Source of the DNA: a virus
Lineage: Duplodnaviria > Heunggongvirae > Uroviricota > Caudoviricetes
Direction: 5' to 3' (one strand)
Length of the DNA: 37,433 bases
IMG/VR virus record: IMGVR_UViG_2718217716_000005
Shown here: positions 1-8,733 of the stretch, piece by piece
How the letters are laid out: every line of letters starts with the position of its first letter
Position numbering within the stretch: position 1 is the first letter of the stretch
Notes under the pieces: generated by a model
What the model saw: only the letters and a program-made list of their open reading frames with translations
What the model was told of the DNA's origin: nothing
Databases searched by the model: none
Made by a program: the position numbers and the translations under genes

Positions 1-738
1 TCATTCACTCTCTTTCAAACCAGTTTTAACTGTTTGTGGTTTTGGGTAAGGCTGGACTTTGAATAGCTTTGTGTTAAGGCGTTTTCTGGCTCTCTTGTCC
101 AGAAACCGGATGTAACGAAACTGACGGAATTTATGAACACTGGCTCTGTCGATATTAGCCCGCAGATGTTCACCTCTCTGTCCGCCTCGTTTAATGGCAT
201 TCCTGCAAATCTCGTGATACCACTCGCCATCAAGTTCATAGAATGTTGTTTCATGGCTGCCTACATAATCAAAATTGCTTGCCTGGTACACGACACCAAG
301 ACAGCCACAACGCTCATCTGCAAACGACTGAACCCACTGTACCTGCGGATAAAGCTGTCTGATTAGTTTGAGTGCGTAACTGATGGCCCTTGATTCGGAG
401 TTTCTCGGCATACAGTCATGCAGCCATAACCGGTTAAGCTCCATATATTCGCGGTTCTGCGTGCCCGTTACGACGCGTGCACCACTGTTTGGATTAAGGG
501 CATAGCCCCATTGCATTACGCCAACCAGCTCCCGTTCTGAAAATATACCCAGATGCAGGTAGGAATTATTTACGAAACGGTGGCTGTAATGTTTATTGAC
601 GATGACCAGTCTGGCCAGCCAGCAACTTATTGTCTCAACCCGTAATTCACGGGAACCATAACCGACGATATTGTCGTTATAGTGAATAAGTTCAGGCGTG
701 CTGATGATACGGGATGTGACTTGCTTTCTGTTCCCCAC
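1..738 (-). CDS. mom: Mom-like DNA modification protein; start uncertain (GTG at 736-738 proposed, preceded by AAGGAAA; the full ORF reaches 933)
   Basis: Last gene at the Mu right-end position, overlapping the 3' end of a Com-like zinc-finger ORF in another frame, as in Mu com-mom. Stop TGA at 1-3. No in-frame ATG near the com stop. Confidence 0.7.
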   Translation of the reverse strand: MGNRKQVTSRIISTPELIHYNDNIVGYGSRELRVETISCWLARLVIVNKHYSHRFVNNSYLHLGIFSERELVGVMQWGYALNPNSGARVVTGTQNREYMELNRLWLHDCMPRNSESRAISYALKLIRQLYPQVQWVQSFADERCGCLGVVYQASNFDYVGSHETTFYELDGEWYHEICRNAIKRGGQRGEHLRANIDRASVHKFRQFRYIRFLDKRARKRLNTKLFKVQPYPKPQTVKTGLKESE

Positions 739-892
739 GACAGGATTTCCTTGTGTATGTGGGGTGCTCTGTGGCGCTCTGAGATGTGATTTGATTGAGG
801 GTTTTACAGCGCGGACATTTGACTTCCAGATAACTGAAGCTGGCTCGTGCCAGTAGCTTGTTGCAATGTCGGCACCGTATGTTTCGATACAT
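692..892 (-). CDS. com: Com-like zinc-finger translational activator of mom
   Basis: Small ORF with CxxC...CxxC ([14 protein letters not shown]...KCPRCK), immediately upstream of and overlapping mom. Start taken at the internal Met at 890-892 rather than 937. Confidence 0.7.
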   Translation of the reverse strand: MYRNIRCRHCNKLLARASFSYLEVKCPRCKTLNQITSQSATEHPTYTRKSCRGEQKASHIPYHQHA

Positions 893-1149
893 GGCCGCAT
901 AACCTCCTGCTTTGTTGTTGATATCTTTATCACTCAATCGATCGACAAAAACGATCGATTTGATTTATTTAATTGATACAACAAATAACACGAAATGTCA
1001 TTAGCGAAAATTTATGAGTTTGATCACTAATTTTAAAAGGTGCTGTAACGCATAAGTGCTGAATAATTGTACATTTGAATGCCGCAAAGCAAAAAAAATA
1101 AACTAATTGATAAAAATCAATCAGTTAACTGCAAGCGTAAGAGGCTGTT
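893..1149. promoter_or_regulatory. AT-rich divergent control region: candidate mom-operon promoter with three GATC sites and palindromes, plus promoter of the plus-strand gene at 1150
   Basis: GATC at 940-943, 953-956, 1022-1025. Inverted repeat atcgatcg / cgatcgat around 937-959. Possible -35 TTGAAT / -10 TAAACT for the plus strand. Confidence 0.45.
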
Positions 1150-1443
1150 ATGGACAATCATGTAACGACGAGAAATCGAAAAATGATTGAAAACGCGGAG
1201 ATCTATAATGATTATTTTTCCGATTATTCAGATGTCTGCAAATACAGTTCGAGTGCGGGAGAGTTCATATGCTTCAACTTTTTTATTAAATCTTATGTTT
1301 TTCCTCCACAGAAAGAAGATGGAGGTGTGCCACCTCCTGAAATCACTTTGCACCGTATAGCCTCCGTCTCAATGATGGAGCAACAGGCTAATGAGCTGTA
1401 TAGCATTCTGGGAATGATTCTACAAAAGCGTGAATCGGACTAA
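1150..1443 (+). CDS. Hypothetical protein (97 aa), low-GC, divergent from com-mom
   Basis: ATG at 1150 preceded by TAAGAGG at 5-nt spacing. Lower GC than the phage backbone. No recognisable motif. Confidence 0.45.
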   Translation: MDNHVTTRNRKMIENAEIYNDYFSDYSDVCKYSSSAGEFICFNFFIKSYVFPPQKEDGGVPPPEITLHRIASVSMMEQQANELYSILGMILQKRESD

Positions 1444-1578
1444 TGATACCGGTTCATTTGCCTGCCAGGATGGGGAAGCAGGATAGACTGCTCCATAAAC
1501 AGCTATATTTCTGAATACGAAATACTATCCAGCTATTACATATGGCTGGATAGCGGCAAAGATGTTTTCATTAGTGTC

Positions 1579-1613
1579 AAACCGGCAGAGGACACCACCG
1601 GTTTGTATTTTTA
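1579..1613 (+). terminator. Stem-loop (aaaccgg ... ccggttt) followed by a T-run on the plus strand
   Basis: 7-bp stem at 1579-1585 / 1598-1604, then gtattttta. Lies downstream of the 1150-1443 gene and overlaps the stop of the minus-strand ORF 1611-1865. Confidence 0.4.
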
Positions 1614-1865
1614 CATCATGGTACTGTCAGCTCCGGGCTGAGCTGGTTCTGGTTGCTCTGGCTGCGCGTCGGTTTTCGGCTCATTATCAGCATCACTGGC
1701 CGCAGCAGCTGGTCCAATAAGTTTTGCCAGCACCTCGTCAACGTAAGTGTCGATTTGTGCCTCAAAATCTTTGCGGACCTGCGCTTTCAGCAACTTATTT
1801 ACTTCACCGGAATACAGTGCCTGTTTTACCAGGTCTTCAGTGACGGTGCCTTTAATTTCTGGCAT
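1611..1865 (-). CDS. Hypothetical acidic protein (84 aa)
   Basis: Strong ribosome-binding site AAGGAGG with 6-nt spacer before ATG at 1865. Helical N-terminus, acidic Pro/Glu/Gln-rich C-terminus. Confidence 0.55.
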   Translation of the reverse strand: MPEIKGTVTEDLVKQALYSGEVNKLLKAQVRKDFEAQIDTYVDEVLAKLIGPAAAASDADNEPKTDAQPEQPEPAQPGADSTMM

Positions 1866-1900
1866 GTATATCCTCCTTATGCGGGAATACAGCCCTGCAA

Positions 1901-2083
1901 TCAGGGCTGGGTCGGGCCTTTTGGGAGCGGAGCGGCCTGTGCTGTTTTACTGAGCTTTTCGGCTGCTGCGTCATCAATTTTGCGGCGAACATAATTTCTG
2001 ATGGCTTTATATCCACTGCTCACCAGATATAACGCACATACCGCCGTGCAGAAATAAAGCAGCATCGTATGAACAAATGTCAT
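1901..2083 (-). CDS. Hypothetical small membrane protein (60 aa, one predicted transmembrane helix)
   Basis: AAGGTAAGG-type ribosome-binding site. Hydrophobic stretch MLLYFCTAVCALYLV followed by a basic region. Confidence 0.45.
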   Translation of the reverse strand: MTFVHTMLLYFCTAVCALYLVSSGYKAIRNYVRRKIDDAAAEKLSKTAQAAPLPKGPTQP

Positions 2084-2197
2084 ATAACCTTACCTTTGAT
2101 ATTGACTACAGAAACAGTTTTCAGCTAAAAAGTAACCGCGTACATAATGGCCTTCTTTTCAGAGGTTGTAGCTTTCCTTAATGGGTTTGGAATATCA

Positions 2198-2241
2198 CCC
2201 GCCAGTCAACAAATGGCTCTTTGACCGGCGGGATTTTTTTA
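2198..2241 (+). terminator. Stem-loop cccgccagtcaa ... ttgaccggcggg followed by T7 on the plus strand
   Basis: Seen directly. The T-run is on the plus side only, so it is an efficient terminator only for plus-strand (antisense) transcription; on the minus strand it is a stem-loop without a U-tract just 3' of the esterase gene. Confidence 0.45.
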
Positions 2242-2247
2242 TCCTGC

Positions 2248-4317
2248 TTACGCGTTATTCACTTCCACCACAATGCTGTCAATCAGCACCGGGTATGTTG
2301 CACCGTTAGTGATATCGGTCACGCGTAACTTGTCTGCCGTAAACGTGCCAACCGGAGACTGCGACAGCATGAATGGTGTCCCGTCCTTACCATCAATGAC
2401 CGGCGTCACCTCAATACTGTTGTTACCGGCAAAACGGAAGCCCAGCGTATGCCACTCATTATCAAATGCGCTGAATGCCCCCAGCTTCGTGTTCTGCGCC
2501 GTGTTTCCCTTGTGATACATCACGTTAAGGTCTGTGGCATCGCTCTGTACGTAGAACGACGCCAGCAGGTTATGACCGGCATTACCTTCCAGAGTAACCC
2601 CTTGTGGCAGGGCAGAAACCGGCCAGTACAGCGCCAGTGCGTACTGATTAGCCGTAAGCGCGCCATCGAGTTTAAAACGACAACTGACAAGACCACCTTT
2701 ACCCAGCAGGTCCGCACCATTACCGGCATCATGCTCAAGATACCAGGAGGATTTGCCTGTTTCCTTGGTCAGTTTCATGGCCTTACCACTACCAGCTCCG
2801 GCATCATCCACGATTTGAGCCTTACCGCCTCCGGCAGTCCAGCCCTGTGGTGCCAGCTGTCCTTCAGACTCTGATGCCCGGTAAGCAAACAGGGTGCTCA
2901 TCGTCGTGGTGTCAGCCGGTGGTGTGGACGGTGTATCCGGCGATGGTGTTGATGGCGTGTCAGGTGATGGTTTTTCATCCGGCTGTGTCACAACCGGTCC
3001 CTGCATCACTTCAGGTGTGCGTCCCGCATGGAGCAGAATGGCTGAGGCCAGACGGTCTGAAATAATGCCCCTGCGTGCCCATGAGCTGAAATGGCTGTCA
3101 CGCTGTGTCGAGACAAAACTGCCCTGGGTACGGGATGCCGCACCGTAATACCCGACAGTCACAATATCCGGGTCTTCCGCCTGAGCATTCGTTGGCGTGT
3201 TCTGTCCATTCTCATCCGTCAGGAAAGGTACAAAGAAAATATTCTGAGTTTCCTTGCCTTTGTAGCCACCGTATACCGCCTCATATTTATCGGTGCCAGC
3301 GTTTTTCCAGTAATACGTGGTATCACCACAAATCCACGGTACCGTGCCAGCATTTCCACTCACGCACTGCGCAGCAAGCGGAGACAGGTCAGTTCTGAAC
3401 TGCTGAACCATGGTCGTGAATAAACCATTATGCTGCTGACTTCCCGATGCAAGGTCTGCTTCTCCCTGCATCCAGACCACAGCCAGAAGTTTGTTTTTCG
3501 GGTTCTTCGCCAGCGCCGCTCTGGTACGGCTTACCAGGTCCTGATACAGAGGTTTACCGACTCCCCAGCGTGAAGAATCAGCGGAAGCACCGCTGGTCTC
3601 ACTGAATGAACCGTCCGCCCCGGTGGTAAATGCTGACCCACCACGGCAACAGGGCACCAGAAGAATCCCGGCATTCTGCGGGATATAAGGCAGCAGTTTT
3701 TTGGCAATATGCAGCCCCTGACCGACAGTCCCGTACTGGCCTTTTGCCAGATCAGCTTTCGGGTGGTTTATCCCGCTCATATCCTGCACATCATGCAGGC
3801 AGTGATCTGCCGGAATGATGTCGTTATATGTACACGACGTACCGTCGGGCGTGACCGTGCTGCGGCGTGCCAGTTGCTTAATCCGTGGGTCCGGGCGGTC
3901 AAATGAATCCGGTAACGGAAGCCCTTCACCATAGGCCATGCCATTTGATTGTCCCGCCAGTGGGATCACATAGTAATACTCCGGCTCTGTGGTACTGCCA
4001 TTCGTGCTGCCGGAAGGCCCGGCGTTATCCGGTGCATTCCAGTCGGAGGGCGTGAGTGTTCCGGCCACGTCAGCTGTAATCGGAATGATGCCGGTCACGC
4101 CTGAACTGGTGATTTCTGCACTGGGATTACCGGATACCGGCATTATCCATAATGGCTCTTTCGTGCTGAAGCGGATCACGCAGTCTGCGAAGGTGATCCC
4201 CCCTTTATTACCCGAAGGCCTGAAAGGACTTTCAATAAATGCCACCGTGCCACCGGCAACCTTGACTGAAAACTCTCCGGGCATGGCGGAGAGCATTTTC
4301 CACTGGGAGTCTGACAT
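2248..4317 (-). CDS. Multidomain protein: N-terminal region, SGNH/SASA-type O-acetylesterase-like domain, Pro/Thr linker, C-terminal lectin-like beta domain (689 aa)
   Basis: Motifs YVIPLAGQSNGMAYGEG (GQSN nucleophile motif), VVWMQGEAD, DSHF (Asp/His of triad); linker PSPDTPSTPSPDTPSTPP; C-terminal ~220 aa Gly/Asn/Thr-rich. Sits where Mu carries the G segment and gin. Confidence 0.7.
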   Translation of the reverse strand: MSDSQWKMLSAMPGEFSVKVAGGTVAFIESPFRPSGNKGGITFADCVIRFSTKEPLWIMPVSGNPSAEITSSGVTGIIPITADVAGTLTPSDWNAPDNAGPSGSTNGSTTEPEYYYVIPLAGQSNGMAYGEGLPLPDSFDRPDPRIKQLARRSTVTPDGTSCTYNDIIPADHCLHDVQDMSGINHPKADLAKGQYGTVGQGLHIAKKLLPYIPQNAGILLVPCCRGGSAFTTGADGSFSETSGASADSSRWGVGKPLYQDLVSRTRAALAKNPKNKLLAVVWMQGEADLASGSQQHNGLFTTMVQQFRTDLSPLAAQCVSGNAGTVPWICGDTTYYWKNAGTDKYEAVYGGYKGKETQNIFFVPFLTDENGQNTPTNAQAEDPDIVTVGYYGAASRTQGSFVSTQRDSHFSSWARRGIISDRLASAILLHAGRTPEVMQGPVVTQPDEKPSPDTPSTPSPDTPSTPPADTTTMSTLFAYRASESEGQLAPQGWTAGGGKAQIVDDAGAGSGKAMKLTKETGKSSWYLEHDAGNGADLLGKGGLVSCRFKLDGALTANQYALALYWPVSALPQGVTLEGNAGHNLLASFYVQSDATDLNVMYHKGNTAQNTKLGAFSAFDNEWHTLGFRFAGNNSIEVTPVIDGKDGTPFMLSQSPVGTFTADKLRVTDITNGATYPVLIDSIVVEVNNA

Positions 4318-4621
4318 CGTCTTTTCTGCCTGTTTCTGAATTAAACAGAGTCAGAATAACAACCGCTGATAAATATGTGTTTTGCGGAAATTCAAAAAAA
4401 GCGTCACAGTACTTTTCGTGACGGAGCCGGTGAGGCAGGAACATAACGACAAAGAATGGACAGGCCAATACGATAACCGCATATTACCGGCTTATAATTG
4501 ATTTAACGATTCATGACGCTGCGTTCAGCACCTGAAAATATGCGTTATTTCAGAAACCCCTTGCCTGTATATGGCAATAGTATTGTTCCTGTTTTTATCA
4601 TTGATTTACATGGTGATGTTT

Positions 4622-5143
4622 ATGCAACTGATTAATGTTAAACGATATTACCCGGAACACAAACCCTATGGTAATGATGTACAGTATTTTCAGAGTGATG
4701 ATGGTAAGGATTTCTATGAGTCCCTGCCATTATTCACCAAAAAATATAAACTTTGTATAACACCTGACAGCGGCGTTATCTGCTCAATATCACAGGACGC
4801 CTCGGCGCTGTATCCTGCGGGATTTTCCGTGGTTGAGACAGACGAACTCCCTGAAGGCACTGATATTTCAGGAAACTGGAAGTTTGATAATGGCATCATC
4901 TCACGGCTTCCGGTCAATTACGACAAAAAAGCGGAAGAACTGCGCCAGTCATATCTTAATCAGGCATATGAACAAATTAATGACTGGAGAACAGAACTAC
5001 AACTGGGCACCATCAGTGATGAAGACAGAGCAGCACTGGCACGATGGATGGCATACATCAGTCAGGTGAAAAAAATGGTATTACCCGCCATTAAAACTGA
5101 AGCTGAATTTAACGCCATTAAATGGCCTGAGCAGCCACAGTAA
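4622..5143 (+). CDS. Tail fibre assembly chaperone (Tfa family)
   Basis: C-terminus ...DEDRAALARWMAYISQVKKMVLPAIKTEAEFNAIKWPEQPQ and central DASALYPAGFSVVE / GNWKFDNG are typical of Tfa proteins. Start chosen at Met 4622; the ORF could begin at 4571 or 4610. Confidence 0.7.
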   Translation: MQLINVKRYYPEHKPYGNDVQYFQSDDGKDFYESLPLFTKKYKLCITPDSGVICSISQDASALYPAGFSVVETDELPEGTDISGNWKFDNGIISRLPVNYDKKAEELRQSYLNQAYEQINDWRTELQLGTISDEDRAALARWMAYISQVKKMVLPAIKTEAEFNAIKWPEQPQ

Positions 5144-5146
5144 TAA

Positions 5147-5166
5147 AGAAGGCCGGAAGGCCTTCT
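5147..5166. terminator. Bidirectional hairpin terminator between convergent tail fibre and Tfa genes
   Basis: agaaggcc-ggaa-ggccttct, perfect 8-bp stem, with A-rich sequence before and T/A-rich after. Confidence 0.6.
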
Positions 5167-5174
5167 GAATATCA

Positions 5175-6056
5175 TTATATACTTGCAGCCGTCACCCATG
5201 ATCCATTTAACAGATACTGCAACGGCCGGTAATACACGCCGCCGACGTTATCTGCCGTATTCTTACCGACATCCTGTACTTTAATTCCGGTAAGAACATT
5301 GCCGCCCCCCAGATTCAGATCCCAGCTTTCCCATGTTCCGGGCATATGTGCGGTCACCGACCCCAGTCTTATGGCGGTTACTGTTCCTGATGAGATAGTG
5401 ATATCCTGCGTCCCGTCAAAGGGAACACCATTAATTGTGTGGGCATTTGCCAGCCTGTTCGCGGCAACGGCCGTTCCGTTCGATGGCAGGGCATTCGCCG
5501 CCCTGTTTACCGTTTCCCGTAAACCGACGTTATCGATAAAAGCCCCTTTATTCGGAATGTCTGCGCCGTGCTGCTCCCTGCGCAGGTAACGGTTATCACC
5601 TTCGCTCTTGCTGTAAACATCCAGATTATTACGGGCGGTTACCTTATTCTCCAGGTCGGCGAGATTCTGATCCTTCGCCAGGGCATTAACGTCACCGGGA
5701 CCAAGACTGTTTTTTGTGGCAAGCGTCCCCAGACCAAGATAACCACGGGCAAGACGCTGGGCCTCCGCACCGGCATCAGCAATTTCTTTCAGGTTATTTT
5801 TCCGGGAAAAAGCATTCGCAGCGATAATGGCTTTAATGGACAGCGTAAGCTGGTTTAACTGCGCCTTATCCGGCTGAATATTGGCTTCAGCCAGAATATT
5901 CAGCAGTTCGGCCTGGAGAATATTCAGCCAGTCCTGACCAATCCAGCTGATACCTTTTTGTCCGTCACCTTCGGTAAACCAGGTGGTGGTATTACTCTGC
6001 GCCGGTGCCAGCGCAGGCATATTCGCCACGCCGGAATTATTATCAACATGAAACAT
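5175..6056 (-). CDS. Tail fibre protein (short, ~293 aa; Mu S position)
   Basis: Follows the baseplate genes with ATG overlapping the upstream stop. Gly/Asn/Thr-rich C-terminus and coiled segments typical of fibre distal domains. The ORF track extends to 6110 but the overlapping Met at 6054-6056 is preferred. Confidence 0.7.
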   Translation of the reverse strand: MFHVDNNSGVANMPALAPAQSNTTTWFTEGDGQKGISWIGQDWLNILQAELLNILAEANIQPDKAQLNQLTLSIKAIIAANAFSRKNNLKEIADAGAEAQRLARGYLGLGTLATKNSLGPGDVNALAKDQNLADLENKVTARNNLDVYSKSEGDNRYLRREQHGADIPNKGAFIDNVGLRETVNRAANALPSNGTAVAANRLANAHTINGVPFDGTQDITISSGTVTAIRLGSVTAHMPGTWESWDLNLGGGNVLTGIKVQDVGKNTADNVGGVYYRPLQYLLNGSWVTAASI

Positions 6057-6616
6057 TAAATAGTCTCCTCTTCGTGGCTGTTTGCATACACGTAAATAAA
6101 CGTCTGCCATGCAGGTTTATAACGGTTCAGAATACATTCCAGCGCACCGCCTTCATAAATACGCAGCGGCGTGAGAATATCATCCAGCACATTCATGTTC
6201 CGGTAGCCGGTTTCACTGTTAATCGTGACAATACTGACCCACTGCGAATCCGGTGATGGCTGAATGTCAATCTGATAACCAAACTCCGCCGCAAACCGGA
6301 TATAAAATTCACGGTTCAGCGAGGGCTTCATCCGGTATTTATTTCCGGCATAACGCTGTCGCTCCGTTATGGTGGCTCCGGCCATATCACATTCAGGAAG
6401 GCCGAGATAACGCTCCCAGTCTTCCAGCAGCAGGCGCGACGTGTCAGGGAAACGCTCGGCAAGCAGCTGTTTACCCGTCCAGGAAACACGCGCTGTCGAA
6501 TGACTGAGGCCCAGACATAATGATGCCAGTACGGATGACGGACGCTTGTCCCATGCCAGCCCGTCAGGCAGTAACTGCAACAGGGCGCGCTGATGTGGGG
6601 TCAGGGTTACAGCCAT
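6056..6616 (-). CDS. Baseplate/tail protein (Mu gp48-like, DUF2313-type)
   Basis: Position between the baseplate J-like gene and the fibre; translation overlaps both neighbours. Confidence 0.6.
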   Translation of the reverse strand: MAVTLTPHQRALLQLLPDGLAWDKRPSSVLASLCLGLSHSTARVSWTGKQLLAERFPDTSRLLLEDWERYLGLPECDMAGATITERQRYAGNKYRMKPSLNREFYIRFAAEFGYQIDIQPSPDSQWVSIVTINSETGYRNMNVLDDILTPLRIYEGGALECILNRYKPAWQTFIYVYANSHEEETI

Positions 6617-7689
6617 GTGATTTCTCCTACCGTCAGCAGCTCACTGTCTCCCGCCTGAACTGACGTCAGCGGACTGCGCACTTCAAAATCCTCCAGATTT
6701 TTCACCCCCGCCACGGCACGCCAGAAAGACGACGGCAGAACCAGACCGCCGGGCCGGGATTCGTTGTATAACAGGTCGGTCAGCGCCTGTTTTACGGCCG
6801 CCTGATTCTCCGGTGTTTTCGGGATGATCCTGATGCTGAAGGGCACCGGCTTATTGGTCAGCTTAAACACGGTCACCGTCGGCCCCAGAGGCTGTCCGAC
6901 AGGCTGGCCGGTCGCTGGATCATCATGACTGCGGATATAATCCGCCACCCGCTGAACATCACCGTCACCGGGGAAAATATCCGGGTTATTATCCTGAACG
7001 AACGTTACCCCCACGCTGCCCGCCTGCGGCCACTCCGGGCGGCACCATGCCCGCGTCACGCCCGGCACTTCACGCGCCCAGCGTTCAAAATCATACTGCG
7101 TGCCGCCGGACGGCGGATTCTGCACCCGGAAAACCAGACGGGAAAGCAGCTCCGGCACGGTTTCCACATCCGCACCACCGGTGATCCCCGTTCCGGTCAC
7201 CGTGGCCGTCTGGTTGATCCCCGCCTGCGGTGTGATAAATGTCAGTTTTGTCCCTGCTGGGGCATTTCCCGCACGACCGGCACTTTCAGCTTCCACACTG
7301 ACATTCAGCGTACCGGCCTTACCGGTCAGTGAGGTGGTGATACGGTAAACCACGCCATCACTGCGCTGGAGAAGCACACCTTCTGTGATCCCCGCATCCG
7401 TGGTCAGCATCAGCTGAACCGGCCCGTCACCCCGTGAGGCGGGTTTACGCATAACGCCCCAGAATGCACAGTGCTTCAGTAACTCGGCTTCATCGGCTTC
7501 GGTCGGGATGATCTGACGCGCAATCCAGGCCAGATGCTCATGCTCCTGAGCAGATAACCCTGCCTGAGCGTAAGCAATGGCATTCAGGGTGGTTTCATTC
7601 ACACCCGGCTGCGAGCCGGGCAGGCGCTGGCTGATATCCTGCTGTGTCTGCGTGATTAACTGTGCCAGCGGTAAAGGCTGATAAGGCAT
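6607..7689 (-). CDS. Baseplate J-like protein
   Basis: 360-aa ORF in the conserved baseplate block, translationally coupled to both neighbours. Confidence 0.7.
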   Translation of the reverse strand: MPYQPLPLAQLITQTQQDISQRLPGSQPGVNETTLNAIAYAQAGLSAQEHEHLAWIARQIIPTEADEAELLKHCAFWGVMRKPASRGDGPVQLMLTTDAGITEGVLLQRSDGVVYRITTSLTGKAGTLNVSVEAESAGRAGNAPAGTKLTFITPQAGINQTATVTGTGITGGADVETVPELLSRLVFRVQNPPSGGTQYDFERWAREVPGVTRAWCRPEWPQAGSVGVTFVQDNNPDIFPGDGDVQRVADYIRSHDDPATGQPVGQPLGPTVTVFKLTNKPVPFSIRIIPKTPENQAAVKQALTDLLYNESRPGGLVLPSSFWRAVAGVKNLEDFEVRSPLTSVQAGDSELLTVGEITWL

Positions 7690-8126
7690 TACTCCCCCTT
7701 AAAATCAGCATAAAAAATCATGGGTCTCACTGAACCATCAGGCAGGGTTATGCGCACCGAAAGCGCCAGCCGCGCGTGTCCCACACGTTCTGCATGACAG
7801 ACCACGGATGACGCCACGCCATCCTGACTGAGCCAGCCCAGCGCCTCATCCGCGTAAGCACGGGCACGGCTTATCACGGAGGCCAGCGTTTTTTCCCGGC
7901 TGAGAAGCCACAGACGGGAGCCAATGGGACGCGGGCGAAAACTGTCTCCCCACCATCCCCGGCGGTCACGCGTACCGTCAGGGATTTCATCCGATGCCAG
8001 CGCCCGGCGGTCAGTAAACAGCGAAATCAGAACGGCCGTCAGCAGACTGTCATCCGTCAGCAGGTCGGCACCGTTCAGTTGCAGCGAACCGCATCCCTGA
8101 TCCCATACAATTGCAATATCAGCCAT
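7689..8126 (-). CDS. Baseplate protein (Mu gp46 / GP46-like)
   Basis: Start taken at the internal Met (MADIAIVWDQG...) at 8124-8126, preceded by AGGAG and 8 nt past the upstream stop; the longer ORF to 8270 overlaps the preceding gene. Confidence 0.6.
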   Translation of the reverse strand: MADIAIVWDQGCGSLQLNGADLLTDDSLLTAVLISLFTDRRALASDEIPDGTRDRRGWWGDSFRPRPIGSRLWLLSREKTLASVISRARAYADEALGWLSQDGVASSVVCHAERVGHARLALSVRITLPDGSVRPMIFYADFKGE

Positions 8127-8733
8127 TCTCCGGCGCTCCTGTCTTACTGCCTTCGCCGTTATCATGATGCACATGACCGGAATACCGTATCCCGGCAATA
8201 ACGGCATCAGACATCGTGAACAGTCCCTGAGATTTCCCCGTACCATCAAGCGCGAAATTCCCCTTAACATGCAGGTTTTTATCCACCGTCACATTGCCCG
8301 TAAAGGTGGCTTCCGGCGTATCCACCCGCATCCCATCGTCGGCGTAAATCTCCAGCATTTTGCATGTCACAATAATGCGACCATCCTTTGTTAACCGTAT
8401 CCGGTGCCCCTCATGGTGATACACCCCCGTATCTCCGGCAGTGAGTCCGGTCGGACGGCTGCGCCGGTCTTCCACCACAAGCACCACAGTCTGATCCCGC
8501 TGTCCGCCCAGACAGGCAAAAAAGGTTTCTGCGCCCGGCAGGGGAACGCTGATCTGCCCGTACTGCTGGGGGCGCTCCACATCATCAAAGGTTTCGCCGT
8601 CCATGCCGGTGAGCTGCACATTCTGCATTTTCAGTTCGTCATGTGTGCCGGTCAGAACGCCCCGGCCAAACAGCAGGCGAATACCGCGCGTTACCGGGGC
8701 AATCAGGCGGCTGAACACTTCATCATTCATCAA
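8119..8733 (-). CDS. Baseplate assembly protein V-like (spike)
   Basis: 204-aa ORF in the baseplate block; translation consistent with gpV-family spike proteins. Confidence 0.65.
   Translation of the reverse strand: MMNDEVFSRLIAPVTRGIRLLFGRGVLTGTHDELKMQNVQLTGMDGETFDDVERPQQYGQISVPLPGAETFFACLGGQRDQTVVLVVEDRRSRPTGLTAGDTGVYHHEGHRIRLTKDGRIIVTCKMLEIYADDGMRVDTPEATFTGNVTVDKNLHVKGNFALDGTGKSQGLFTMSDAVIAGIRYSGHVHHDNGEGSKTGAPENG

Noticed and set aside
739-933. N-terminal extension of the 310-aa ORF as part of Mom
   Set aside because: The extension overlaps most of com in another frame. Mu-family Mom starts near the com stop, and a GTG with an AAGGAAA ribosome-binding site lies at 736-738.
1-6110. Gin-like invertase and invertible G segment
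   Set aside because: No ORF in this region has serine-recombinase features; only the convergent fibre/chaperone arrangement suggests a past inversion system.
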